From NCBI GenBank assembly GCA_028687715.1, contig JAQTZP010000002.1, positions 20,038 to 84,037 on the forward strand: a stretch of 64,000 nucleotides of DNA. The letters are read 5' to 3'. The notes under the pieces are model-generated. The model was not told where the DNA came from and did no database searches. It saw only the letters and a list, made by a program, of their open reading frames with translations. A program made the position numbers and the translations under genes. Below are positions 55,950 to 64,000 of the stretch, one piece after another (the first letter of the stretch is position 1; every line of letters begins with the position of its first letter). This DNA comes from Minisyncoccota bacterium (lineage in GTDB: Bacteria > Patescibacteriota > Minisyncoccia > Minisyncoccales > GWA2-38-27).

Positions 55950-56539
55950 TGGAATATCTTTAATATAGTTTTAAAAATTATCTTCAAATCCATGACAAAG
56001 GAGCGCGTTTCTACATATTCTTTTTGCAGTTTTAATTTTGTCGGCCTTATTCTTTCCATATAGGTTTTCTCGGGGTCTAAACTTCCTTTTAGAATTTCCC
56101 CTTCATGGAAATTCCACAAACTGGCTAAATCGGTCATTCCGGGCTTAACAGACAATATGATGTCTTTTTCTTCTTTGCTCATCTTATCTACGTAAAAAGG
56201 CACCTCGGGCCTAGGACCCACAAGACTCATCTCCCCAATTAACACATTAATCAATTGGGGCAGTTCGTCAAGCTGATATTTCTTTAAAAACCTGCCTGAT
56301 TTCGTAAGCCTCGGGTCATCAATTGAAGTTGACGACCCTCCTAATTTCTCTGCATCAGAAACCATTGTCCTGAATTTATAAATCCTAAAAGGCTTTCCCT
56401 CTTTTCCAATTCTTAATCCTTTAAAAAAGACAGGGCCCTTAGAATCAATCTTTATGATTACTGCGATGATTATTAGAATCGGGAAGGTTGTTATAAGGCC
56501 TATTAGAGATAAAATAATATCAAATAATCTTTTAAGCAT
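55946..56539 (-). CDS. initiating phosphoglycosyl (bacterial sugar) transferase, PglC/WbaP C-terminal type
   Basis: MLKRLFDIILS..., YKFRTM and LDELPQLINVLIGEMSLVGPRP. The track ORF extends to 56572. Confidence 0.92.
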   Translation of the reverse strand: MLKRLFDIILSLIGLITTFPILIIIAVIIKIDSKGPVFFKGLRIGKEGKPFRIYKFRTMVSDAEKLGGSSTSIDDPRLTKSGRFLKKYQLDELPQLINVLIGEMSLVGPRPEVPFYVDKMSKEEKDIILSVKPGMTDLASLWNFHEGEILKGSLDPEKTYMERIRPTKLKLQKEYVETRSFVMDLKIIFKTILKIFQ

Positions 56540-56546
56540 AATATTT

Positions 56547-57311
56547 TTATTTCTTTGGTTCTGAAAAAACAAAGACGATTTTAAAAGCGTATCTTTTCAG
56601 AAATGGAGCTTTAAAGAGCATCTTATCCAGCCTTTCAAATAACCTTAAAAGAGTTTTTCCCAAAGGCAGATTTAGAAATGGGAAAATCAAGCAGGAAACT
56701 ATGTGAAAAGAATAGACATCTATTTTATTGAAATATTTTTCTGCTTCTTTTAAATCCTTCATCTTAAAAATATGAGAAGCCGCCCAGTTTGTTCTTTTTT
56801 TCAAAACCTTATTGATTAATCTTTTAAAATTTGCCAGAGGATTATGGCCGAAAGTCTCAATGCCTATCAGACATCCGTTCGGCTTTAGAACCCTTAAAAG
56901 CTCGGGCCAAGCTGATTTTAGGTCCAGTGAAGAAAAGGTCCCTCCGTCAAAGATAATGTCAAAAGAGCTGTCATCAAATTCCATTTTCTCGCAGTCCATT
57001 TTATAGAATTCTATTTTGTCTTCCACTTTTTCTATCATCGCTCTTTTTCCTGCAATTTGCAAAGAATTTTCTGAAAGGTCAATGGCTTTTACCTCTGCTT
57101 TGGATTTTGCCAGCCAAACAGAATGAATCCCGTTTCCGCAGCCGTAATCTAAAACTTTTTTATCCCCGCATTTATCTTCCAATAATTTTTTTAAAAAAAT
57201 ATAGCTGTTTAAAATAAAAGGGTCAAACCCCTCAAAATCTCCGTCTTTTATGCCGCACACAGATGCCTTAGCGTCATAATAATTAATTTCTTTTTCTTTT
57301 CTAGACTCCAT
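56547..57311 (-). CDS. class I SAM-dependent methyltransferase
   Basis: Motif I VLDYGCGNGIHS. Confidence 0.85.
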   Translation of the reverse strand: MESRKEKEINYYDAKASVCGIKDGDFEGFDPFILNSYIFLKKLLEDKCGDKKVLDYGCGNGIHSVWLAKSKAEVKAIDLSENSLQIAGKRAMIEKVEDKIEFYKMDCEKMEFDDSSFDIIFDGGTFSSLDLKSAWPELLRVLKPNGCLIGIETFGHNPLANFKRLINKVLKKRTNWAASHIFKMKDLKEAEKYFNKIDVYSFHIVSCLIFPFLNLPLGKTLLRLFERLDKMLFKAPFLKRYAFKIVFVFSEPKK

Positions 57312-57321
57312 AAATTTATTT

Positions 57322-58323
57322 CTATAGTCTTAGTATGAGCTTTATTATTCCCCAAACTGAACCAAGCCCGTATCCAATGTGCCTTAATGGAAAAACTACT
57401 GCCAGAGAAAATATATACCTTATATCCTTTTCTTTAAGCGAGGCATATACAGAGAATAAAAAATCAAATAGAAGGTATAACAAGAAAACAGCGAAAAACA
57501 GCTTTAAGAAAAACGGGAAAAAAATCCCTAACTTAAAAAAAGATAAAAGGACAATAACAAAAATAAGGGGTATATAATGCCTTATTCTAAACGGGAGTTT
57601 TATAAATTTAAAGGGATAGGTTATCCAAACCCCGTCTTTAAAATTATGAATAAAGAACTCCCCTATCTTTGATTTGGGATAATAATAACTTACAATGTCC
57701 GGAGCCAGAAGAATTTTGCCTCCGCTTCTTTTAAGCCTTAGATTGAATTCTAAGTCCTGGGTCCTTTCTAAGTTTTCATTAAAAAAGCCTATCTTGTCAA
57801 AAACTTCTCTTTTGTAGCATCCTCCAAATACCGTATCAACCCATTTAGGCGAATCAGCGCCTGTTCTAAAATAAGCTCCTCCAGCTCCAAAAAAGCTTGA
57901 AAGACAATAGGCTATGCTTCTGGCAAATAAGCCTTTATCCGAAGGAGTAGTCTTTATTATCCCTCCAACATTATCAGCCTTATATTCTTTTAAATATCTT
58001 ATGCATTTAGAGATATAATCTTTTTGGCATCTTGAATGAGCGTCCATTCTGATAATGAATTCCCCTTCTGAATTTTTAATCCCTATATTTAAAGCAGAAG
58101 GAGTAATCTTTTTAGGATTTTCAAAGAGCTTTATAGAAGGGTATTTTTCAATATATCTTTTAACGATTTCCAAAGTTTTATCTTCTGATTTTCCGTCTAC
58201 AATCAAAATCTCCAGCCTGTCTTTCGGCCAGTCGTTTGAAATTATAGAATCAAGGCAAGGTCCTATGAATCTTTCTTCATTCCTAGAAGGTATGATAATT
58301 GAAACTTCTTTATTGTATCTCAT
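57322..58323 (-). CDS. family 2 glycosyltransferase with C-terminal TM segments
   Basis: VSIIIPSRNEE, VDGKSEDKT and RMDAHS. Confidence 0.88.
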   Translation of the reverse strand: MRYNKEVSIIIPSRNEERFIGPCLDSIISNDWPKDRLEILIVDGKSEDKTLEIVKRYIEKYPSIKLFENPKKITPSALNIGIKNSEGEFIIRMDAHSRCQKDYISKCIRYLKEYKADNVGGIIKTTPSDKGLFARSIAYCLSSFFGAGGAYFRTGADSPKWVDTVFGGCYKREVFDKIGFFNENLERTQDLEFNLRLKRSGGKILLAPDIVSYYYPKSKIGEFFIHNFKDGVWITYPFKFIKLPFRIRHYIPLIFVIVLLSFFKLGIFFPFFLKLFFAVFLLYLLFDFLFSVYASLKEKDIRYIFSLAVVFPLRHIGYGLGSVWGIIKLILRL

Positions 58324-59560
58324 TATCTTCTTTAATAAGTTTAAAGGAAGCCATTGCTATAGCGGCGAAAATCCAGTAAACTTCAGCCGGTTTTACCACC
58401 AAAAACGGCTCTGTGGCAAAAGACATAAAAATCATGCATAAAGTTGCCACTAAAAGTCCTGAAGATATGCCTGTTATAAAAATATTTACGCTTTTTAAGA
58501 ATTCTTTAAAAGACGTCTTTAGAATTAAAAATATCATAATTAAAAATATCAAACTTCCCATTATCCCTGTTTCAACAAAATTTCTCAAATACTGGTTATG
58601 AGTTTCTCCGTAGCCCTTTCCGATTCCAAAGAGATAAATATATAAGGGTCTCTCCTTAGCTTTTTCAAACTCCGGGCCAATCACTCTTTCATACCTTGCT
58701 TTTTCAAAGGAAAAAAGGGCTTCTTCAAAAGAAAGAACGCTGGCAAGCCTTTGGGTTTTGGGAAGATTAAGATTAATGATAAGAAAGCTTAACACGACGA
58801 CAGCGGCAATAAGAATCATCAGCAGAAATAATTTTAGATTTCTTTTTTTAAAAACTGCAAAGAGAAAGGTTAAAAATAAAACAAAGAAAAGGCTTAAAAA
58901 GTTTGTCTTTGAACCTGAACCAAAAACTCCGATTATCGGAATGAAGCTTAAAAATCCCAAAGCCGCCTTCTTAGTTTTTGAGATATTAAGCTCAAAAAAA
59001 TAATAAAGAAAGATATTAAAAAAGAAAACAAACGATATGAGAAAAAAAGCTCCGGTTGGAAAAGCGCCCCATTCAGAAATTGCTCTGGAGCCGTATTCTC
59101 CCCATTTTATTTTAAAAACAATTTGGAAAATAACAAAAAAAGTATTTAAGGCTATTAATATAAGCCAGACAAAAACTGATATTTTCGCAGTTTTAATATC
59201 TTTGACAAGATAGAAAATATAGAAAAATAAAAAGAAAAACTCAACCTCTTTCAATAAATAAAAAAGGCCTCTGTCAACAGCCATATTATTCAAAATAAAG
59301 TTTATCAAAAGACTAACAAAGCTGAACCCCAGCCAGAGGCAGATTATCAAAAACATAGGCGGTTTCTCAATTTCTTTTTTTCCAAAAGCCAAAAACGATA
59401 GAAAGCTAAAAGATATAAAAAGAGCAAGCAGAATATCTTCTGCCCTTATTTCTATATATTTATCTTTATCCTTCAACTCCCCTGCGTTAAACGAAGGCGA
59501 AAGAGCGACCGCTGACAATAGGACAATCAAAATGACTAATTTAATATAGTTATTATTCAT
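58310..59560 (-). CDS. O-antigen polymerase/ligase-like (Wzy-type) polytopic membrane protein
   Basis: 416 aa with about 10-12 TM helices, in a glycan-locus context. Confidence 0.6.
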   Translation of the reverse strand: MNNNYIKLVILIVLLSAVALSPSFNAGELKDKDKYIEIRAEDILLALFISFSFLSFLAFGKKEIEKPPMFLIICLWLGFSFVSLLINFILNNMAVDRGLFYLLKEVEFFFLFFYIFYLVKDIKTAKISVFVWLILIALNTFFVIFQIVFKIKWGEYGSRAISEWGAFPTGAFFLISFVFFFNIFLYYFFELNISKTKKAALGFLSFIPIIGVFGSGSKTNFLSLFFVLFLTFLFAVFKKRNLKLFLLMILIAAVVVLSFLIINLNLPKTQRLASVLSFEEALFSFEKARYERVIGPEFEKAKERPLYIYLFGIGKGYGETHNQYLRNFVETGIMGSLIFLIMIFLILKTSFKEFLKSVNIFITGISSGLLVATLCMIFMSFATEPFLVVKPAEVYWIFAAIAMASFKLIKEDNEIQ

Positions 59561-60317
59561 TTAAAAAAGATTTCAATATTTTTAAGTTTTCAATATCTTC
59601 GGAAACTGAATTAAAATCGCTTTTCGGGGTTTCTAAAGTTGCTATCCTTGATTTGTTTTCATTGATGCATTTTAGAAGAAATTTAAAATCGTAATCGCCC
59701 TTGCCTATTGATAGATGGCGGTCTTTTAAATCATCTGTTTTCCCGTCAGAGATATGAAACATATCCGGCTTTATCTTTAAAAACTCTTTTATATATTCTT
59801 TATAATCTTTTTTCAAACCAATCGCTGACTTTACAGCATGGCCGAAGTCAAGACAAAATCCGAATCTGCTTCCTTTTAATCTCTTGACTTCCTGAACCGA
59901 AGACCCAGTCATTCTTAATCCGTTTAAGGCTTTATAAGGCATGTTTTCAATCAATATTCTTTTGTCATTTATATTTTTTAAAAAATATTCAGCATTTTTT
60001 ATTTCTCCGAAGCCGAGATGAAGTATCAGATACTTTGCTTTAAGCAAATCAGCCCAATTCTGAGCTTCTTTTATAATTTTTAAACTGAAATTATGTCTGG
60101 ATTTATCTGATATATTAAGCCCGAATTCTTCATGGGGTATGTGAATAATATAAGGGATATCAACTTTTAAAAAAGGAGTGATATCAGAATCCAAAACAGG
60201 CAGCACTTCAAGATAATCAATCAAATTATTTTTGATTAACTCTTCGCTTTTTGCGGCAAACTCGGTATTTGTTGAATAAGTTTTAAGCCCGAATTTAATA
60301 TTCTTTATTTTATCCAT
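59553..60317 (-). CDS. xylose-isomerase-like TIM-barrel sugar phosphate isomerase/epimerase family protein
   Basis: 254 aa. LILHLG, ENMP and DFGH are typical of the AP_endonuc_2 fold. Confidence 0.65.
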   Translation of the reverse strand: MDKIKNIKFGLKTYSTNTEFAAKSEELIKNNLIDYLEVLPVLDSDITPFLKVDIPYIIHIPHEEFGLNISDKSRHNFSLKIIKEAQNWADLLKAKYLILHLGFGEIKNAEYFLKNINDKRILIENMPYKALNGLRMTGSSVQEVKRLKGSRFGFCLDFGHAVKSAIGLKKDYKEYIKEFLKIKPDMFHISDGKTDDLKDRHLSIGKGDYDFKFLLKCINENKSRIATLETPKSDFNSVSEDIENLKILKSFLNE

Positions 60318-61026
60318 CGTAATTTGTCATAATTATGTTGTTATTTATTATATATCTTGTCCCTTCTTTTCCGCAGTTAAACAATAAATCAATTATTGAA
60401 AGAAAAGGTATAAACTCTCCGTACATTTGGGGATATTGAGGATGAGAAAGAGAGTAATTATGATATTCTAATTTAATATTATTCTTTTTAAATTCATCTT
60501 CATTTAAATAATTCTTAGAGCCTAAATTTGAAATGTAATGGTCTGCTTTGACGCTTTTTAAGATATTTATAACTAAATCTGTTTTTGCTCCTGAAACTGA
60601 AAGTTCCGAAGAACGTATTATTTCCCTATTAATTCCAAAGACCTCAAGCATCTTTTTAATTAGATAGATATTCAAGTCATTTATAAAAGTCCATTCTTTT
60701 TCATAGGCTTCTTCAAAAATCCCATAAAATTCATTAAAGAACCGAGCTTTATTATAATTAATCCTTATTGCCTTTAAATGATTTCTTTTAAAATCCTTGC
60801 TCCGGTCAATCTCTGCATCTAAAATTGATTGCACTGACTTTCCTTTTGTCTTTATCGGAACTGTTAGATACAGAAAACCGTTGGGAGTCTTTATCTTATT
60901 TCTGTTAATCCATTCATTTTTCTCATATTGAACATGGTCTAAAAAAACAAAAACATCAGAGTTGTAAATTAGATTGAAATAACCGATCCAGGGAAGATAA
61001 GTAGGCTGATTAATAGAGCATTTCAT
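60310..61026 (-). CDS. WbqC-family protein
   Basis: The N-terminus MKCSINQPTYLPWIGYFNLI is typical of WbqC. Confidence 0.8.
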   Translation of the reverse strand: MKCSINQPTYLPWIGYFNLIYNSDVFVFLDHVQYEKNEWINRNKIKTPNGFLYLTVPIKTKGKSVQSILDAEIDRSKDFKRNHLKAIRINYNKARFFNEFYGIFEEAYEKEWTFINDLNIYLIKKMLEVFGINREIIRSSELSVSGAKTDLVINILKSVKADHYISNLGSKNYLNEDEFKKNNIKLEYHNYSLSHPQYPQMYGEFIPFLSIIDLLFNCGKEGTRYIINNNIIMTNYDG

Positions 61027-61028
61027 AA

Positions 61029-61763
61029 TTATCTAAGAGGCGCCTGCTTGACCTCTTTATTTATTTCTAAAAGCTCGGGATTCTGATTTAGGTATTCTAA
61101 TATCTTAGGAGTATAAAGGCCTTTATCTTTTTTAAAGCGGCTGAAAATCTCTCTGATAAGCAGAATATCAGGGGCTTCATCAACGCAAAGCCGCAGATTG
61201 GGGAAATAAAACTTTTTAGGAGCTTTTAAAATCTTTATATCAAAGATAGCTGGATTTTCAGAAAAGAAGCCGAAAACATGCTCTAGATGAGACGAATCAT
61301 TGGTTAAAGAAGCGGCTTTCTTTAAGCCTTTTAAGCTGAATATCTCAATATCTCCAAGCCCTCTGGGATAGCCGTAGATGAAAAAATAATCAAGGGGCTT
61401 TTTAAAGCTATTATATCTTTTTATGCTGCTGTCTATTAAATTAGGGTCTATTAAAGGACAATCTCCGGTTATCCTTATTATTGGGTCTATCTTAAATCTT
61501 TCAGCAGCCTTTATATATCTATCTAAAACATTTTCTAAACTGCCTTTGTATAAATAGGCATTGCTTCTTTTAATTATAGGGACTAATTTAGAGCTTAAGG
61601 GAGTATCAGCTATTGCCACAACTGTTTTCTTTGAAAGCTTTGACTCTTTGCATCTTGAAATAACATGCTCAATCATTGTTTTACCCATTATCTCTTCTAT
61701 TACCTTATGAGGAAGCCTTTTTGACTCCATTCTTGCCTGAATTATAATCCCAAAATTATTCAT
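61029..61763 (-). CDS. cytidylyltransferase (SpsF / acylneuraminate cytidylyltransferase-like)
   Basis: IIIQARMESKRLPHKV start and ITGDCPLIDP. Confidence 0.78.
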   Translation of the reverse strand: MNNFGIIIQARMESKRLPHKVIEEIMGKTMIEHVISRCKESKLSKKTVVAIADTPLSSKLVPIIKRSNAYLYKGSLENVLDRYIKAAERFKIDPIIRITGDCPLIDPNLIDSSIKRYNSFKKPLDYFFIYGYPRGLGDIEIFSLKGLKKAASLTNDSSHLEHVFGFFSENPAIFDIKILKAPKKFYFPNLRLCVDEAPDILLIREIFSRFKKDKGLYTPKILEYLNQNPELLEINKEVKQAPLR

Positions 61764-62824
61764 AAAATCTTTTTTAATGCTTTTAATAAATAATCAATCT
61801 CTTGTTCTTTGAGCGAAGGATAGATCGGAAGGGCCATAAGGGAAGATAATGCTTTTTCTGTATTTGGAAAATCTAATGGATTAATCCCAATAAGCTGATG
61901 AAGAGCCGGATAAACTCCTCTGCCAAGCTCTATTTCATAGTCTTTGGCTTTTTCTATTGCTGCTTTAGGATTTTCAGTTTCAATAATATAGCGCCAGAAA
62001 ACATTATTATTAAATTCAATCGGAGCAAGAACTTTATTCTTTAACTCGTTTGTGTAAATTTCAGCAATTCTTCTTCTCTTTTCAATAAAATCATCAAGCT
62101 GTCTTAATTGGCTTAGGCCCAACAAAGCGCCCAAAGGATTCATCATATAATTATACTGGATACTGTATTTTGGCTTAAGTTCGGTTCTCTGGGACACAAG
62201 AGTTGCTTCGTAATTGCATAGAAACTCTGCTTTTTTAAACAAATCCTCTGAATCAGTTAAAAGCATTCCCCCTTCGCCTGTTGTCATCATTTTAGACTGA
62301 TGAAATGAAAAAACTGAAACCTCTCCAAAGCTTCCCAGCTTTTTATTATCTAAAGAGCCGCCGAGCGATTGAGTAGCATCTTCTATTACCGGAATGCCCA
62401 GAGATATTATCTTGTCTATTTGAGCCGGAAAGCCAAAAGCATGAGGGACAATCACAGCTTTGCAATTCTTTGTTATCTTATTCTTTAAATCATCAAACAA
62501 GAGATTGAAATCATTATTCTTGACATTGAAATTGCAGTCTATTAATATCGCTTTGGCTTTAACATAATTTAAAGCGTTTAAAATTGCCGCACAGGTATAG
62601 GAAGGACAAACGACCTCGTCATTTTCGCCTACTTCTAAAGAAAGAAGGGCTAAATGAAGAGCGGCGGTGCCTGAACTGGTTGCTAAGGCAAACTCTCTTC
62701 CTATGTAATTTTTAAAACTATTTTCAAACTCTGCAATGCCCTGCTTTAAATCAAAAGGCTTAAAACTCTCAAAATCTTTTTGAGTTATAGATGCTTTATT
62801 TAATGGTATTTTTATCTTTTCCAT
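61760..62824 (-). CDS. DegT-family aminotransferase (SpsC/PseC-like)
   Basis: 354 aa. SFHQSKMMT carries the Lys. Confidence 0.85.
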   Translation of the reverse strand: MEKIKIPLNKASITQKDFESFKPFDLKQGIAEFENSFKNYIGREFALATSSGTAALHLALLSLEVGENDEVVCPSYTCAAILNALNYVKAKAILIDCNFNVKNNDFNLLFDDLKNKITKNCKAVIVPHAFGFPAQIDKIISLGIPVIEDATQSLGGSLDNKKLGSFGEVSVFSFHQSKMMTTGEGGMLLTDSEDLFKKAEFLCNYEATLVSQRTELKPKYSIQYNYMMNPLGALLGLSQLRQLDDFIEKRRRIAEIYTNELKNKVLAPIEFNNNVFWRYIIETENPKAAIEKAKDYEIELGRGVYPALHQLIGINPLDFPNTEKALSSLMALPIYPSLKEQEIDYLLKALKKIL

Positions 62825-62836
62825 TTTAACTCTAAA

Positions 62837-63528
62837 TTACTTCTCTAAGGTAACAACGTAATCGTAGTCCTGAATTTCCTGATTATTGTAGCTGATTATC
62901 TGTTTATCAATATCAACTTTTCTAAAATCCTTAAAAAGCTCTTTTATTTCTCTTTGGCTAAAAAAATGAATTATCATTTTATTTTCTTTTGAAGCATTGT
63001 ATTTCTTATCAATTTTAGACAGCCTAAAAGTATTCTTTGATATTTCAACGCCTCTGCCAAAGCGGTAATCCTTTTCCCCCCTTAAAACCAAGAGCGCCAA
63101 TCCTTTGTCTTTTAAAACCCTTCTGATTTCAGAAACTGCTTTTAAGATATCTTTTCTGTTTAAATAGTATAAAACACCGAATGAAATCACTGCATCAAAA
63201 AAACTATCAGGATAATCAAAATTATTATTCTTCATTACCTTGACCTCAGCAGAAAGCCCTTTCTCTTTTTTAAAACCTTATTGGATGCTGATATCCCTCC
63301 TTTTGAAACATCAATGCCGTAGCTTTTGACTCCTTGTTCGGCTAAAAAACAAAGATGCCTTCCGGCTCCGCACCCGTGGTCTAAAATCTTCAAATTCTTA
63401 AAGTCGCTTCTCTTAAAATTCCTGAATAAGAACCTGATTACACTTTCATTGGGATATCTGCCGCAAGAGTCAGGATTTTGAAAAAAACTATCCCATATAT
63501 TTTTTGTTATTTTCCTGTAATTCTTCAT
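62837..63528 (-). pseudogene. class I SAM methyltransferase split into 97-aa and 132-aa ORFs by a -1 frame change
   Basis: Motif I (LDHGCGAGRH) is in the upstream ORF and FDAVISFGVLYYL in the downstream ORF. The frames rejoin at A AAA AAG (63271..63265). Confidence 0.7.
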
Positions 63529-63538
63529 TAAAGCAGTA

Positions 63539-64000
63539 TTATTTTATCAATATATCCTCCCATAAAACCCCGGCATATCTTTTAATAGGATTAGAAGCTT
63601 TCTTTCCCAAAAGCATCTCAAAGTAGCGGGGATGGATGCCTGGTTTAAGGTATCTTTCTGCTCTTAATACTCTGATGTTATCTTTTGTAAGCATCTCGCC
63701 TTTATCAATATCTTTCACAGAAAAGATGCTTCTTTTATCTCCTGGATAGAGCTCTTTTTCAGAGTCAGCAATGACTTTCTGGCTTAAACCTAATACTTTT
63801 TGGCATTCAGGCCTGTTTAACAGCTCTTTCTTCTTGTCATCTGTTAATCTCTCTGTTTCTCTTATCTTTTCTATCATAAGCCTTAATTCATCAGGCTCAA
63901 TAGATATTGGGTGGTCTGCTCCTTTGAGCTTTCTGCTTAGGGTAAAATGCTTTTCAATGACATCTATGCCTAAAGCAGTGGCAAGCATAGGAACAATTAC
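63539..64000 (-). CDS. NeuB/SpsE-type nonulosonic acid synthase, C-terminal part (N-terminus beyond the right edge)
   Basis: VIEKHFTLSRKLKGADHPISIEPDEL, plus a C-terminal SAF-like region (SIFSVKDIDKGEMLTKDNIRVLR). Confidence 0.8.
   Translation of the reverse strand, partial: VIVPMLATALGIDVIEKHFTLSRKLKGADHPISIEPDELRLMIEKIRETERLTDDKKKELLNRPECQKVLGLSQKVIADSEKELYPGDKRSIFSVKDIDKGEMLTKDNIRVLRAERYLKPGIHPRYFEMLLGKKASNPIKRYAGVLWEDILIK

Noticed and set aside
848-63988. About 50 short track ORFs that lie antisense to, or nested in another frame within, longer recognisable genes. Examples: 848..1180+, 2093..2329+, 4356..4553+, 9610..9873+, 17132..17419+, 26770..27132+, 35748..36038+, 58055..58441+.
   Set aside because: They are fully contained in genes with clear family motifs, have low-complexity or hydrophobic shadow-type sequences, and lack their own signals. 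They are typical shadow ORFs of an AT-rich genome.
1-64000. Alternative genetic code (UGA recoding), as in some candidate phyla.
   Set aside because: Conserved genes are full length under the standard code, and UGA is used as a genuine stop: secA ends ...CAC GGG AGA TGA and the transposase ends in TGA.

Overview
This is a low-GC, gene-dense bacterial chromosome segment with about 65 genes, nearly all on the minus strand. The short housekeeping proteins, giant surface proteins and standard stop codons suggest a small-genome Patescibacteria/CPR-type organism, but that is inference only. Recognisable content: serS (partial), lysS and aspS; a peptidoglycan block (murC, mraY, murI, murD, ftsW, murG, murB and a D-Ala-D-Ala carboxypeptidase); fmt, efp, pgk, rnhA, secA and secDF; RNase P RNA; and one IS481-like transposase. 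There is also a sortase with a 788-aa surface protein, a 1729-aa multidomain surface protein, and a roughly 14-kb surface-glycan locus (50.3-64 kb) with nonulosonic-acid-type genes. No tRNA, rRNA or CRISPR array was seen. The strongest anomaly is a self-contained GC-rich single-gene cassette at about 47.3-48.4 kb. Its 239-aa product matches no family I recognise, and it has its own consensus promoter, a structured 5' UTR with a coupled 26-codon upstream ORF, and its own terminator. Other items worth follow-up: a VirD4/TraD-like ATPase, membrane protein and HTH protein triad embedded among core genes; an orphan roughly 290-nt structured RNA upstream of small membrane-protein genes; PDH-E1 alpha/beta homologues inside the glycan locus; and a methyltransferase split exactly at an A AAA AAG slippery site. 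No search or fold tool was run. All family calls rest on motifs read by eye, and hand-derived coordinates for non-CDS features may be off by 1-2 nt.
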